This document shows positions 1-8,236 of a DNA stretch of 64,000 nucleotides, in pieces (positions within the stretch are counted from its first letter, which is position 1; every line of letters starts with the position of its first letter). This DNA is from Candidatus Woesearchaeota archaeon (lineage in GTDB: Archaea > Nanobdellota > Nanobdellia > Woesearchaeales > GW2011-AR9): contig JACOZP010000011.1 of assembly GCA_016181265.1 (NCBI GenBank), forward strand, positions 6,127 through 70,126. The letters run 5' to 3'. Under the pieces are notes generated by a model. The model was not told where the DNA came from, made no database searches, and worked only from the letters and a program-made list of their open reading frames with translations. The position numbers and the translations under genes were made by a program.

Positions 1-464
1 AGGCTGCAGGAAAGATCCAACCGTTTTTGCATGCCTCCCGAGAGCTGTTCCGAAAGAAAATGCCTATAATCAAAGAGATGGGTAAAGTTGAGCAGGTTAC
101 GAATGTTGGTCGTCAATGTCTGCTTATCAATTTTGTACAAGCGACCAAAGTGCCAGAGATTTTCCTGAACCGTCAGCTTTGGGTATAAAGAGTTGTGCTG
201 GGGGGTATAGCCGATATGTCTTTTGATCTGAGAGAAATTGCGGTGAAGATCTTTTTCTTTCGTGCTTCCTTCGGGGTAATAGACAACTTGACCGTCGGTC
301 GGTTCAATGAACCCTGCGATGAGATTAAGAAGTGTTGTTTTCCCGCTGCCTGATTGGCCGATGACCCCAAAGATATCGCCTTCTTCGATGGTGAGGCTTA
401 CATTCTGTAAAACAGCACGTTTGCGGTACTCTTTCGTCACCTCTCGTAAGCGGATTAGGTCCAC
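1..464 (-). CDS. ABC transporter ATP-binding protein (3' end runs off the window; GTG start proposed)
   Basis: Absent from the ORF track because it is truncated. Minus-strand translation: (M)DLIRLREVTKEYRKRAVLQNVSLTIEEGDIFGVIGQSGSGKTTLLNLIAGF...YPKLTVQENL...LSGGMQKRLDLS. Walker A, Q-loop and ABC signature occur in the correct order. The track ORF 173..370 is a different frame. Confidence 0.85.
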   Translation of the reverse strand, partial: MDLIRLREVTKEYRKRAVLQNVSLTIEEGDIFGVIGQSGSGKTTLLNLIAGFIEPTDGQVVYYPEGSTKEKDLHRNFSQIKRHIGYTPQHNSLYPKLTVQENLWHFGRLYKIDKQTLTTNIRNLLNFTHLFDYRHFLSEQLSGGMQKRLDLSCS

Positions 465-565
465 GAGATGGTCAACGCTTTGAGATTTATAAATGTTTTG
501 AAAACGCTCTTTTTTGATTTCGATTAGTTTCTATCGGTTTCTTCTAGCATTTTCTTCAGCATAAT

Positions 566-574
566 ATTTATATA
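566..574 (+). promoter_or_regulatory. TATA-like box upstream of secF
   Basis: ATTTATATA is centred about 29 nt upstream of the ATG at 599. Confidence 0.4.
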
Positions 575-598
575 GGTCACTCTTTCTGTCTTCTCAAC

Positions 599-1522
599 AT
601 GAAAGGAACATTGAAAGAAAAAGTGAAATTTCTTTACGAAAAAAAGTACAAGACGCTTCTTCTGATTCCTTTTCTTCTCCTCGTGTTCGCGTTAGTACAA
701 ATTTCTATACAGACCGCAACGACCGGAGATTTTGTCCATAAAGGTGTCTCTTTGAAAGGAGGCTCTACAATCACGGTCAATCACCAGATTGAGAGTTCGC
801 TGTCTGAATTAGAGTTCCAGTTGCAAGAGCAATTTCCCGAAGCAGATATTAGCATTAGGACATTGACATCGGGAAATACGGTGATGGGGTTCACACTTGA
901 GACAAACATTCAAGACAAGATGCAGATCGATTCGTTTATGACCTTGCTCAGCAGCAAACTTGGCATTAGCGGAAGTGATTATAGCGGAAGTGATTATAGT
1001 GTTGAAATTGTTGATTCTTCTTTAGGTTCAAGTTTCTTTGTTCAGACGGCATGGGCCTTGCTGATCGCATTTCTTTTTATGGCTACAGTTGTCTTTCTTT
1101 ATTTCCGGATGGTTGTCCCTTCGCTTTCTGTCATCCTCGTTGCGTTTTCAGACATTGTGACAACTCTTGCGATCTTTAACTTGACAGGAGATAAGTTAGG
1201 CACTGGGGGAGTTGCCGCTTTTTTGATGCTTGTCGGTTATTCTGTTGATACCGAAATGCTCCTTAACTCCAAGATCCTCAAACAGCCGGCGAGTATGTTT
1301 ATGGGTCAGATCTATAGCGCGATCCGTACGGGGATGACTATGACGTTGACGGTCTTAGTCGTTGTGTTTGTGGGGATGGTTTTTGCTAATAATGAAACTG
1401 TACGTCAAATCATGTTAATCTTATTTATTGGAATGCTTGTAGACATGGTCAATAGTTGGATCCTTAACGTGGGTCTATTCCGTTGGCATATGGAACGGCG
1501 GGAGAAGAAACATCATGGCTAA
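599..1522 (+). CDS. secF: protein-export membrane protein SecF
   Basis: 307 aa with an N-terminal TM, a periplasmic-type domain and a C-terminal multi-TM block (FLYFRMVVPSLSVILVAFSDIVTTLAIFNL...GVAAFLMLVGYSVDTEMLL). Overlaps secD by 8 nt. Confidence 0.85.
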   Translation: MKGTLKEKVKFLYEKKYKTLLLIPFLLLVFALVQISIQTATTGDFVHKGVSLKGGSTITVNHQIESSLSELEFQLQEQFPEADISIRTLTSGNTVMGFTLETNIQDKMQIDSFMTLLSSKLGISGSDYSGSDYSVEIVDSSLGSSFFVQTAWALLIAFLFMATVVFLYFRMVVPSLSVILVAFSDIVTTLAIFNLTGDKLGTGGVAAFLMLVGYSVDTEMLLNSKILKQPASMFMGQIYSAIRTGMTMTLTVLVVVFVGMVFANNETVRQIMLILFIGMLVDMVNSWILNVGLFRWHMERREKKHHG

Positions 1523-3104
1523 GCTCGGAAAGATTCTGACGAACTGGAGAGTATTGATGTTGCTGTTCTTCTTATTCTTATCTTATCTCTCATTGAACGG
1601 AGGGATTACTCCTCACTTTTGGGATGAAAGCGTGACGATCCGTAGCATCACTCCTGATTCCTCTGCTGCTCTGGCAGGTGTTCCGAATCCTTCTCCGAAG
1701 TTAACACCACTGCAAAAAGAAGATATTCTCTCGTTAAATGGAAAGAAGATTGCAACTGCTGCTGATTATTATCAAATAGAAAGTCAGCTCCTTCCGAATA
1801 GTACGGTCCGTCTGGAGACAAATGAGAAAGTGTATACTCTTCTTACCAAGTCGTCATCTGAAAAAGTCGATTTGGGGTTGAGAGTATACGATTCTCCGAC
1901 TTCTAATCTTCGTAAGGGCCTGGATTTGGAAGGGGGGACGCGTGTTCTCTTAAAACCAGCTGAGGTCGTTTCTAAAGATACGCTTGAACTGACTACTGCT
2001 AGCTTACGAGAGCGCCTTAATGTTTATGGTCTAAGCGATGTTGTTGTCCGTTCTGCTCGCGATCTAGGTGGAGATTATTTTGTCCTTGTTGAGATTGCGG
2101 GAGTCACTGAAAATGAGGTTAAAGACTTATTAGCCAAACAAGGAAAGTTTGAAGCGAAGATTGGAAATGAGTCTGTCTTCCTAGGCGGAAAAAAGGATAT
2201 CACCTATGTTTGTCGAAGTGCAGAGTGTTCTGGTATCGATGCATACCAAGGTTGCAGCCAAAGTGGAGAGGGCTATGCCTGTCGTTTCTTTTTTGCGATT
2301 TCTTTAAGTCCGGAAGCGGCAGAACGTCAAGCAGCCGCGACGAAGAATTTAGGATTGTCAACAACTGATTCAGGCGGGTATCTTGATAAGGATCTGGTCT
2401 TATATCTTGATGATGTGCAGGTCGATCAGTTGAAGATTGGCGCTGAGCTACGAGGAAAAGCGACGACGAATGTACAGATTTCCGGTTCTGGCTCTGGACG
2501 GACGCAGCAGGAAGCGATTACGAATACGCTTGAAAACATGAAACGACTACAGACCGTCATCATCACAGGGAGCTTACCGGCTAAGTTAGAAGTGGTTAAG
2601 TTAGATACTATCTCGCCTACGTTAGGGAAGGAATTTCTCTATAATGTCTTCTTTGTTGGTTTCATGGCACTTGTTGCTGTTTCGGCAGTTATCATTTTTC
2701 GCTATCGGAAATTTAAAGTTGTCCTTCCGATGGTGTTTACTTTACTTTCAGAGATTGTTTTAATCCTCGGTTTTTCTGCTTTAACGGGGACAAACCTTGA
2801 TTTGGCAGCCATCGCTGGAATCATCATTGTCATCGGTAGCGGGGTTAACCATCTCATTATCATTACGGATGGGACGATGGGGAAAGAAGCAGAGAGTCTA
2901 GACTGGAAGACGAGAATCAAGAATGCAATGTATATTGTCTTTGGTGCTTATTTAGTTAACTTTGCAGGGTTGCTTCCTTTGCTCTTTGCAGGTGCAGGAT
3001 TACTAAAAGGGTTTGCGTTGACAACAATCGTTGGGGCATCGTTTGGCGTCTTGATTGCCCGTCCAGCATATGCTGCGGTTGTGAAGATTCTAGAGGGGGA
3101 ATAG
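1515..3104 (+). CDS. secD: protein-export membrane protein SecD
   Basis: 529 aa. Contains LRKGLDLEGGTRVLLKP and a C-terminal RND-like TM bundle (LDLAAIAGIIIVIGSGVNHLIII). Translationally coupled to secF. Confidence 0.85.
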   Translation: MAKLGKILTNWRVLMLLFFLFLSYLSLNGGITPHFWDESVTIRSITPDSSAALAGVPNPSPKLTPLQKEDILSLNGKKIATAADYYQIESQLLPNSTVRLETNEKVYTLLTKSSSEKVDLGLRVYDSPTSNLRKGLDLEGGTRVLLKPAEVVSKDTLELTTASLRERLNVYGLSDVVVRSARDLGGDYFVLVEIAGVTENEVKDLLAKQGKFEAKIGNESVFLGGKKDITYVCRSAECSGIDAYQGCSQSGEGYACRFFFAISLSPEAAERQAAATKNLGLSTTDSGGYLDKDLVLYLDDVQVDQLKIGAELRGKATTNVQISGSGSGRTQQEAITNTLENMKRLQTVIITGSLPAKLEVVKLDTISPTLGKEFLYNVFFVGFMALVAVSAVIIFRYRKFKVVLPMVFTLLSEIVLILGFSALTGTNLDLAAIAGIIIVIGSGVNHLIIITDGTMGKEAESLDWKTRIKNAMYIVFGAYLVNFAGLLPLLFAGAGLLKGFALTTIVGASFGVLIARPAYAAVVKILEGE

Positions 3105-3135
3105 AAATTTTTTGTGTTCGAATTCTTTTAACATT

Positions 3136-3352
3136 ATGTAAAAATAGCCAGAAAACCATTGGCTTTAGTCAATGGATGAATGGCATAGTGTCTCTGGCTA
3201 TTTTACATCCAAGAAAATATACTGCGATATATTTTCTGGACAGAAAAATGAAAGACATCATTTTTCTTGTCCTAAAAATGCGTTGTCTAAAAACCGTCTT
3301 TTTTCAAACCCCGTCTTTTAAGCAAAGAATGAAGCAACGACTTCATTCTTGC
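3136..3352. other. array of four long stem-loops in a convergent intergenic spacer
   Basis: The four hairpins are: 3136-3207 (16 bp with 1 bulge, ATGTAAAAATAGCCAGA/TCTGGCTATTTTACAT, with an inner CCATTG/CAATGG hairpin); 3212-3237 (AGAAAATATA/TATATTTTCT, 10 bp); 3238-3272 (14 bp with 1 bulge); and 3322-3352 (12 bp with 1 bulge). A T6 run at 3108-3113 follows the secD stop. Confidence 0.6.
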
Positions 3353-3359
3353 TCAGAAA

Positions 3360-3833
3360 TCAAATCTTTGTTTGATTTCTTGAGACAGGTGTTGCTGCAA
3401 CTAACCACGGGCTTTGCAGAGCAGATGCGTTTTCTACTTCAGCAATGAACTGATTGGCAACAATAACCATGATAATCATATTAACTGCTGCAATGAGTGG
3501 GACGAGAATACTTGCCCAGAGGTGATGTTTCTGTTCTAAATGTCCGATATCGGTGATCAGCAATTTGTAGAGGAAGCCGATGGAGCCTGCGAGCAGGATT
3601 ACGATACTGTAAAGAAGTACATCATGAAAGACAAGAAGGAAAGGGATCAGAACCAGAGAAGCGATGAAATTGGCAAAGATAATGACAATCAATGCGCTCC
3701 AAAAGACGATTTTAGAAAAATGAGTATCGTAGGAACGTGGAGTGTTTACGAGACGTTCCGCTTTGGCGATCTCTCGTTCATTCCAACCTTTGCGTTGGAG
3801 GGTTGCAGGTTGGACATTTTTAGTCGGAGTCAT
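3360..3833 (-). CDS. hypothetical membrane protein (3-4 TM), coupled to the MinD-like gene
   Basis: 157 aa with hydrophobic spans (IVFWSALIVIIFANFIASLVLIPFLLVF...). Its start overlaps the upstream stop by 4 nt. Confidence 0.6.
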   Translation of the reverse strand: MTPTKNVQPATLQRKGWNEREIAKAERLVNTPRSYDTHFSKIVFWSALIVIIFANFIASLVLIPFLLVFHDVLLYSIVILLAGSIGFLYKLLITDIGHLEQKHHLWASILVPLIAAVNMIIMVIVANQFIAEVENASALQSPWLVAATPVSRNQTKI

Positions 3834-4567
3834 AGAGAGTGCTGTAGACTGATGTGTTCGGCGATGGTATTAAACGCACGAGCAGGGCGTGAGCGAGGAT
3901 AGAGGTAGTTTAATGGTGCTTGGCGATGAAGCGCTTTGCGCATCTTGCGTTCGTGGCGAACTTCGGCGATAACCGGGTACCCGACAATTTCTTCTACTTC
4001 TTTCTTTGATAATTCGTATCGTCCACCATGCGACATATTGAGAAGAACACCAGTAATCGTATTATTATATGATTTTGCTAACTGGATGGTTTTTAATCCG
4101 TCCATGACGGAGCTAAGAGTAGGATTGACGATAAGCAGTGCTTCATCACTGTTCTTTAGAATTTGGCTAACTTCGTAGCCCAGTCCACTGGGGCAGTCGA
4201 CGAGGACGACATCAGCAACTTTATTGAGATTTTCAAAAATTTTGTCGATCTTCTGAGGATTCGTCTTTTGGAATTCACTGTATGACGGAGAAGAAGGAAT
4301 GATGGAGAGGCCGCTTTCGTGAAGGTACAAGACTTCTTTAAGACTTTTTTCTTTGCGGATAAATTTGTTTAACGTACCTTCTGGTGAAATTAAACCAAGA
4401 TGAAGAGCAAGATTGGGCGTGACGAGATTGCCATCAACGAGAACAACACGCTTTCCAAGATCAATTAACGCCTGCCCAATGTTGAGAGTGCAGGTAGTCT
4501 TTCCTACACCTCCTTTTCCGGACACGACTGCGATGAATTTTGTCATAAGCACCCCTTTGTGCGGCAT
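3830..4567 (-). CDS. minD: MinD/ParA-family P-loop ATPase
   Basis: Deviant Walker A in FIAVVSGKGGVGKTTCTLNIGQAL, plus VVLVDGN and VLVDCPSGL. The start may instead be the internal ATG at 4546 (MTKFIAVV). Confidence 0.85.
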   Translation of the reverse strand: MPHKGVLMTKFIAVVSGKGGVGKTTCTLNIGQALIDLGKRVVLVDGNLVTPNLALHLGLISPEGTLNKFIRKEKSLKEVLYLHESGLSIIPSSPSYSEFQKTNPQKIDKIFENLNKVADVVLVDCPSGLGYEVSQILKNSDEALLIVNPTLSSVMDGLKTIQLAKSYNNTITGVLLNMSHGGRYELSKKEVEEIVGYPVIAEVRHERKMRKALHRQAPLNYLYPRSRPARAFNTIAEHISLQHSL

Positions 4568-4667
4568 TCTGTATGCTGCATGTTGCTTAAGGTGGAGGTG
4601 GTATTTAATGTTTTTGGCGTGGGAAAGATTATGTCGATTAGTGAGAGAGAAAAAGTTTGTTTCTTAA

Positions 4668-5174
4668 TTATGCGAATTCATCGACTTCTTTGCCGACGAG
4701 AGTGTCCCAAGCATAGCGGAAGAATTGATGGATGAATTTTTCACAATTAACTAAGTTGTCGATGTTGATTTCGGCAGTAGCATGGTTTAGTTCGACAATA
4801 AGACCTACGTGGCGGCGATATTCTTGTCTGCGTAAATGCGGCGATTTGAGAAGATTACGAATAAAAGTGTAAAATTCAAGATAGCGAGAAATCTCTTTGT
4901 CCTCGGGATATAATTCTCGCATCTTTGTCACGCGCAGGCCGGGGCTTTTAGGAAGAGCATCTAAACGTCCTTCTTCACGAGCTTTCTCGAGGAAGGCTTC
5001 CATGATCATATCGAATGTCCCCACTAAACGATTAAGGGCATTAATGAGGACGTCCCCTGTTCTGGTGTACTTTAAACTGACATAGATGATATGCTCAAGG
5101 CGTTTCAGTTCTTCTTTAGCTTCAAATAAATAGTCATTCATGGGGTTTGGTTTTCTAATAGAGTATGAAAGCAA
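4668..5174 (-). CDS. hypothetical helical protein (tandem paralog of 5192..5671)
   Basis: 168-aa ORF; the likely start is the internal MNDYLFEAKEEL. Shares a layout with its neighbour (EYRRHVGLIVELNHATAEINIDNLVN versus EFHRQDKLVICDKEFEIQQVAPTDIRN). Confidence 0.55.
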   Translation of the reverse strand: MLSYSIRKPNPMNDYLFEAKEELKRLEHIIYVSLKYTRTGDVLINALNRLVGTFDMIMEAFLEKAREEGRLDALPKSPGLRVTKMRELYPEDKEISRYLEFYTFIRNLLKSPHLRRQEYRRHVGLIVELNHATAEINIDNLVNCEKFIHQFFRYAWDTLVGKEVDEFA

Positions 5175-5191
5175 GTGAGGGAGTATCTCTC

Positions 5192-5671
5192 CTATTTATT
5201 CCTTTCTATGGAGATGATCCTTTCGGCAATGGTAATCAAGGCTTTGCTTGCATCGAGATAATTACGGATATCAGTGGGAGCAACTTGCTGGATTTCAAAC
5301 TCTTTATCACAGATCACGAGTTTATCTTGTCTGTGGAATTCAATAAGACTACGCTGATGAAAGTTGAGAAGCGTTTGGACCATTTCCATCGATCGAACAA
5401 TCGCCGGATCAATCTTATTACGACGGACAGATTTGTATTGAAACACGTTAAACTTGCTCTGAAAATTATCGAGATAGTGAGGGACGAGCTGGAGCTGGCG
5501 CTCAAAGGAAAGAAGGGCATCAAGAGCATATTCCATCGATGTATGGATATTGGAGAGGACAGCAATCAATAATTTTGGATCTTTTAGGAAAGGATAGGTT
5601 ACGGTGAGAAGATGGAATGCAGCATCATATTGGAATTTTGCTTTTTGTAATGATTCTTGATGTTTTTCCAT
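5192..5671 (-). CDS. hypothetical helical protein (tandem paralog of 4668..5174)
   Basis: 159-aa ORF. No motif I recognise; same strand as the neighbour and 17 nt from it. Confidence 0.55.
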   Translation of the reverse strand: MEKHQESLQKAKFQYDAAFHLLTVTYPFLKDPKLLIAVLSNIHTSMEYALDALLSFERQLQLVPHYLDNFQSKFNVFQYKSVRRNKIDPAIVRSMEMVQTLLNFHQRSLIEFHRQDKLVICDKEFEIQQVAPTDIRNYLDASKALITIAERIISIERNK

Positions 5672-5744
5672 TTATTTTGTAAATGGAATGAAGTTTAAAA
5701 ATGTATTGAGGACTTTGCTGAGATCTTTTCTTTAAACTCTTCTA

Positions 5745-6089
5745 TTACTCTGATTCAGATAATTCCATAATTGCTTCTGCCAAATCACCCTGGTGTTTTT
5801 CAATGGCTCTTTTTGCTGTTGCTTTGTCAGCGCCGGTCTGTTCCATGACAGCTTGGATATCTTCTTCGGATATCTCAGGAGTGGTCGAGAGACTGCGTTC
5901 TTCTATGTCTCCAGAGATTTGGAACGTTTCTTGTCCCATCATGTTAACTTTAGCGACAGAAGGGGAGGTGATAACTATTTCTTTTTGAGCAGTGCGGATG
6001 ATGACTTCTACGGCGGGAATATCCACTTGTTGGATCCCTAACTGTTTCATCATCTGCTGCATCTTCCGCGGATTCAAGCCAGACATCAT
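5745..6089 (-). CDS. nac: nascent polypeptide-associated complex protein (NAC alpha, NAC plus UBA domains)
   Basis: Reads PRKMQQMMKQLGIQQVDIPAVEVIIRT...VAKVNMMGQETFQISG and ends in a UBA-like EEDIQAVMEQTGADKATAKRAIEKHQGDLAEAIMEL. Confidence 0.85.
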   Translation of the reverse strand: MMSGLNPRKMQQMMKQLGIQQVDIPAVEVIIRTAQKEIVITSPSVAKVNMMGQETFQISGDIEERSLSTTPEISEEDIQAVMEQTGADKATAKRAIEKHQGDLAEAIMELSESE

Positions 6090-6094
6090 GGTAA

Positions 6095-6268
6095 TCAGTT
6101 AGTAAGAAGCTGTCCTCCAAAATAGTGAAGGAGAATGATGACAATGGTGAGGATCGCAATGATAACCAAGACGGCTTTTGGCGAGAATTCTACTTTAGAT
6201 TGAGATTCTTCTGAAAATCGAGTTAATCCTCCCTGTCCCGAGGGTAAGCGAATTTTGTCGTCTGCCAT
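6095..6268 (-). CDS. preprotein translocase subunit Sec61-beta (archaeal SecG)
   Basis: 57 aa, below the ORF-track cutoff. MADDKIRLPSGQGGLTRFSEESQSKVEFSPKAVLVIIAILTIVIILLHYFGGQLLTN has the GL-R(F/Y)-E motif plus a single C-terminal TM. It lies 5 nt upstream of nac. Confidence 0.75.
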   Translation of the reverse strand: MADDKIRLPSGQGGLTRFSEESQSKVEFSPKAVLVIIAILTIVIILLHYFGGQLLTN

Positions 6269-6398
6269 TGTTTTGATTCTTAGTTTGGGCTTGATTTTAT
6301 ATAGTTTTCGGAGAGATGGCTTATAACTTCCAATAAAATCTCTAACCTATCTCCTCACATTTATTCTAATGCTCAACGGCAGTTTTCATTTTGTGTGA

Positions 6399-6857
6399 TT
6401 ACCGTCGGCGATAAATCTCTCTGTGCCTATAGCCAGCAGCAATTCCTTCTAATCTTCTGGGGATAGCTGTTGATGGTGGTGAGGTCATATACATAACGTC
6501 TGCTCGATGATTTTTAATAATCTCTTCGCTTTCAACAGGTGGTAAATCCCCCGGGGTTATATGTGTTGCAACGAGCAGTATCCCTTTGTAGCCATTTGCT
6601 AAGTCTACTAAATCGTGAGCAAAAGATCTTGTTTTATGAGAATAAGAATGAAGCCTGTTCCCCGTTTCGCGATGGATCACTGCGAGGTCGGGTTGTTCAT
6701 CGAGCAGGTACTTTAACCATCGCTCTCTCTCACCATCAAGCACTACTCTTAGACATTTTATATCTCGAAAACCACAGCCTTTTAGAGCATCCGAAACGAT
6801 CATATCGTGCACCGAAAAATCAAATAATGTTACTGCCGTTTCTCTGTTGTATGTCAT
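6399..6857 (-). CDS. hypothetical protein (152 aa) immediately downstream of the RNase P RNA
   Basis: Start trimmed to the ATG at 6857, which is preceded by AGGAGG (6865-6870). The longer track ORF (to 7022) overlaps the RNase P RNA. No secure family assignment. Confidence 0.6.
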   Translation of the reverse strand: MTYNRETAVTLFDFSVHDMIVSDALKGCGFRDIKCLRVVLDGERERWLKYLLDEQPDLAVIHRETGNRLHSYSHKTRSFAHDLVDLANGYKGILLVATHITPGDLPPVESEEIIKNHRADVMYMTSPPSTAIPRRLEGIAAGYRHREIYRRR

Positions 6858-6881
6858 TTGTTTTCCTCCTCGTTGAAAAGT

Positions 6882-7271
6882 GGTAGAGTGGCATAAGCCG
6901 CCTTCTGTCGGATCCAAAATGTTTACAGTGAAACATCGATGATCCGGGGAAGCATTCGACTGAGCGTTCATATGAACTTGCACCGACCAGATCCACAGAA
7001 ACAAGTTTCTGGGATCTTTCACATGATCGTTGTCATGGACAGGTTTCGCCGTTTCATCGTTCCCTACAGAGACGTCAACAGATTAACTTGTCTCTTTCGC
7101 AAGAGGCGTCGCCATTTCATTCCATTCTGCAGGACGTGTCGTTTCTGAGCCAGAGCCACGGGATTTCTCCGTCTCTCAGATGAGAGTGGTCAACACTATA
7201 GGGTTAGTGTCACACTGGTGGGCGGACTTTCCTCAGTTCCGAAGAACCGTAAGCTTCCTGCCACTGCTACC
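6882..7271 (-). ncRNA. rnpB: RNase P RNA (archaeal type)
   Basis: Minus strand carries CR-I GAGGAAAGTCC (7224-7234) and CR-IV-like ACAGAAGGCGGCTTA (6894-6908). The termini pair as P1 (GGTAG..AGTGGCA / TGCCACT..CTACC). Length is about 390 nt. Confidence 0.8.
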
Positions 7272-7290
7272 AAAAGGATGTTTTTCAAGC

Positions 7291-8226
7291 ATGTTTTTAA
7301 ATCTTTTGTGTAGAAACCGGATAGTAGTAATTTTACAAACTTTTAAAAAGAAAGTCTTGTTTGAACAAGAAATGTTACAGGTCTATCGCCGAGATAATTA
7401 CGAACTTGCGGGGAAGAACCTCTCTTTAGAAGAGACTAATTCTTTTGTTAGTAGCCTACGTACTCCACATCCATTATCTCTTCCACTTACTGATGAGCAA
7501 CAATTGGATTTAGAAGCGATGCTTTCCTGTTACCGACAATTTACACAAGATTTAGGTGTACATATCGATTATCGCTTTCCTGCAACACATGATTTTGTGA
7601 CTATTCTTCCTCCAGCTGATTTTGCCATTGTTAGTCGCAGGTATGGCCATCATCCTTCTCGGATAAGTGGCTTTACTAGGGGGCCGAGAATCTATGTAAA
7701 AGCGAAGAAATCAAAAGCGCGCGTGGCTTCTGTAGTGAATCATGAATTGGCTCATTTCTTGGGCTATACTCGCTATCGACTTTTTGATCTTCGATCGTCG
7801 GCATTAACTCTCCAAGATGTCGCTCAAAAGAGAAGCGGCTACGCATTCCGTCTTCCTCAACGTCGTCTCTTCTATGAATTCAATGAAGGTCTGACTGAAC
7901 TTACACATCAACAGATTAAGAGGGAGTATTGGTCGTCACATCGCCGTTTACAACACTATTCGCTAGTTTCTACTTCCAATTACCGTCTTCCAGTCTTATT
8001 CGATCAGGCACTCTTCACTTCTCTTGCTAGTGATCTTGGAAAACCAGTTGAGGAAGTCGTACGACGTTTTCAACGTGGTTATTTTCTGGGAAATGAAAGG
8101 CCTCTTCATCTTATAAAAAGAGCTTATGGTGAACAGAATTTCTCTGTCATTGCGCATCTTCCCAGAGAGGAGTGGGAATTTGTACAAACACTTAGGAAAA
8201 CTTCTTTGTGGGATATTCTTCGGTAG
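7291..8226 (+). CDS. putative zinc metallopeptidase (HExxH)
   Basis: VVNHELAHFLGY is followed by FNEGLTELTH. The start was moved off the RNase P RNA to the ATG at 7291; the ATG at 7372 is an alternative. Confidence 0.55.
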   Translation: MFLNLLCRNRIVVILQTFKKKVLFEQEMLQVYRRDNYELAGKNLSLEETNSFVSSLRTPHPLSLPLTDEQQLDLEAMLSCYRQFTQDLGVHIDYRFPATHDFVTILPPADFAIVSRRYGHHPSRISGFTRGPRIYVKAKKSKARVASVVNHELAHFLGYTRYRLFDLRSSALTLQDVAQKRSGYAFRLPQRRLFYEFNEGLTELTHQQIKREYWSSHRRLQHYSLVSTSNYRLPVLFDQALFTSLASDLGKPVEEVVRRFQRGYFLGNERPLHLIKRAYGEQNFSVIAHLPREEWEFVQTLRKTSLWDILR

Positions 8227-8236
8227 AGAAAATAAT

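Noticed and set aside
971-1000. A perfect-length 15-nt tandem duplication in secF (GGAAGTGATTATAGC / GGAAGTGATTATAGT), giving GSDYS-GSDYS.
   Set aside because: It is in frame, lies in a variable periplasmic loop, and is most simply replication slippage. No functional implication can be supported.
3136-3207. The first secD-spacer hairpin as an H/ACA guide RNA (ACA right after the stem, cbf5 present in the window).
   Set aside because: The internal loop is extremely asymmetric, at 3 nt versus about 17 nt, so no two-sided pseudouridylation pocket can form. The lower stem is longer than in known archaeal H/ACA RNAs.
3176-3448. A 90-aa plus-strand ORF in the secD downstream spacer.
   Set aside because: It runs across four consecutive hairpins and into the 3' end of the convergent gene. 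It has no TATA box or SD, and its sequence is low-complexity.
6399-6857. Assigning the 152-aa protein downstream of the RNase P RNA to a JAMM/MPN or PIN-like nuclease family (HSYSH...HDLVD; FDFSVHD...LLVATHI).
   Set aside because: The spacing does not match the JAMM HxH-x7-S-xx-D motif. The PIN acidic tetrad cannot be placed confidently. The protein is left as hypothetical.
6858-7290. The N-terminal extension of ORF 6399..7022 and the first 37 codons of ORF 7180..8226.
   Set aside because: Both overlap the RNase P RNA (CR-I, CR-IV, P1 helix). The downstream ATGs (6857, preceded by AGGAGG; 7291 or 7372) give sensible proteins without the overlap.
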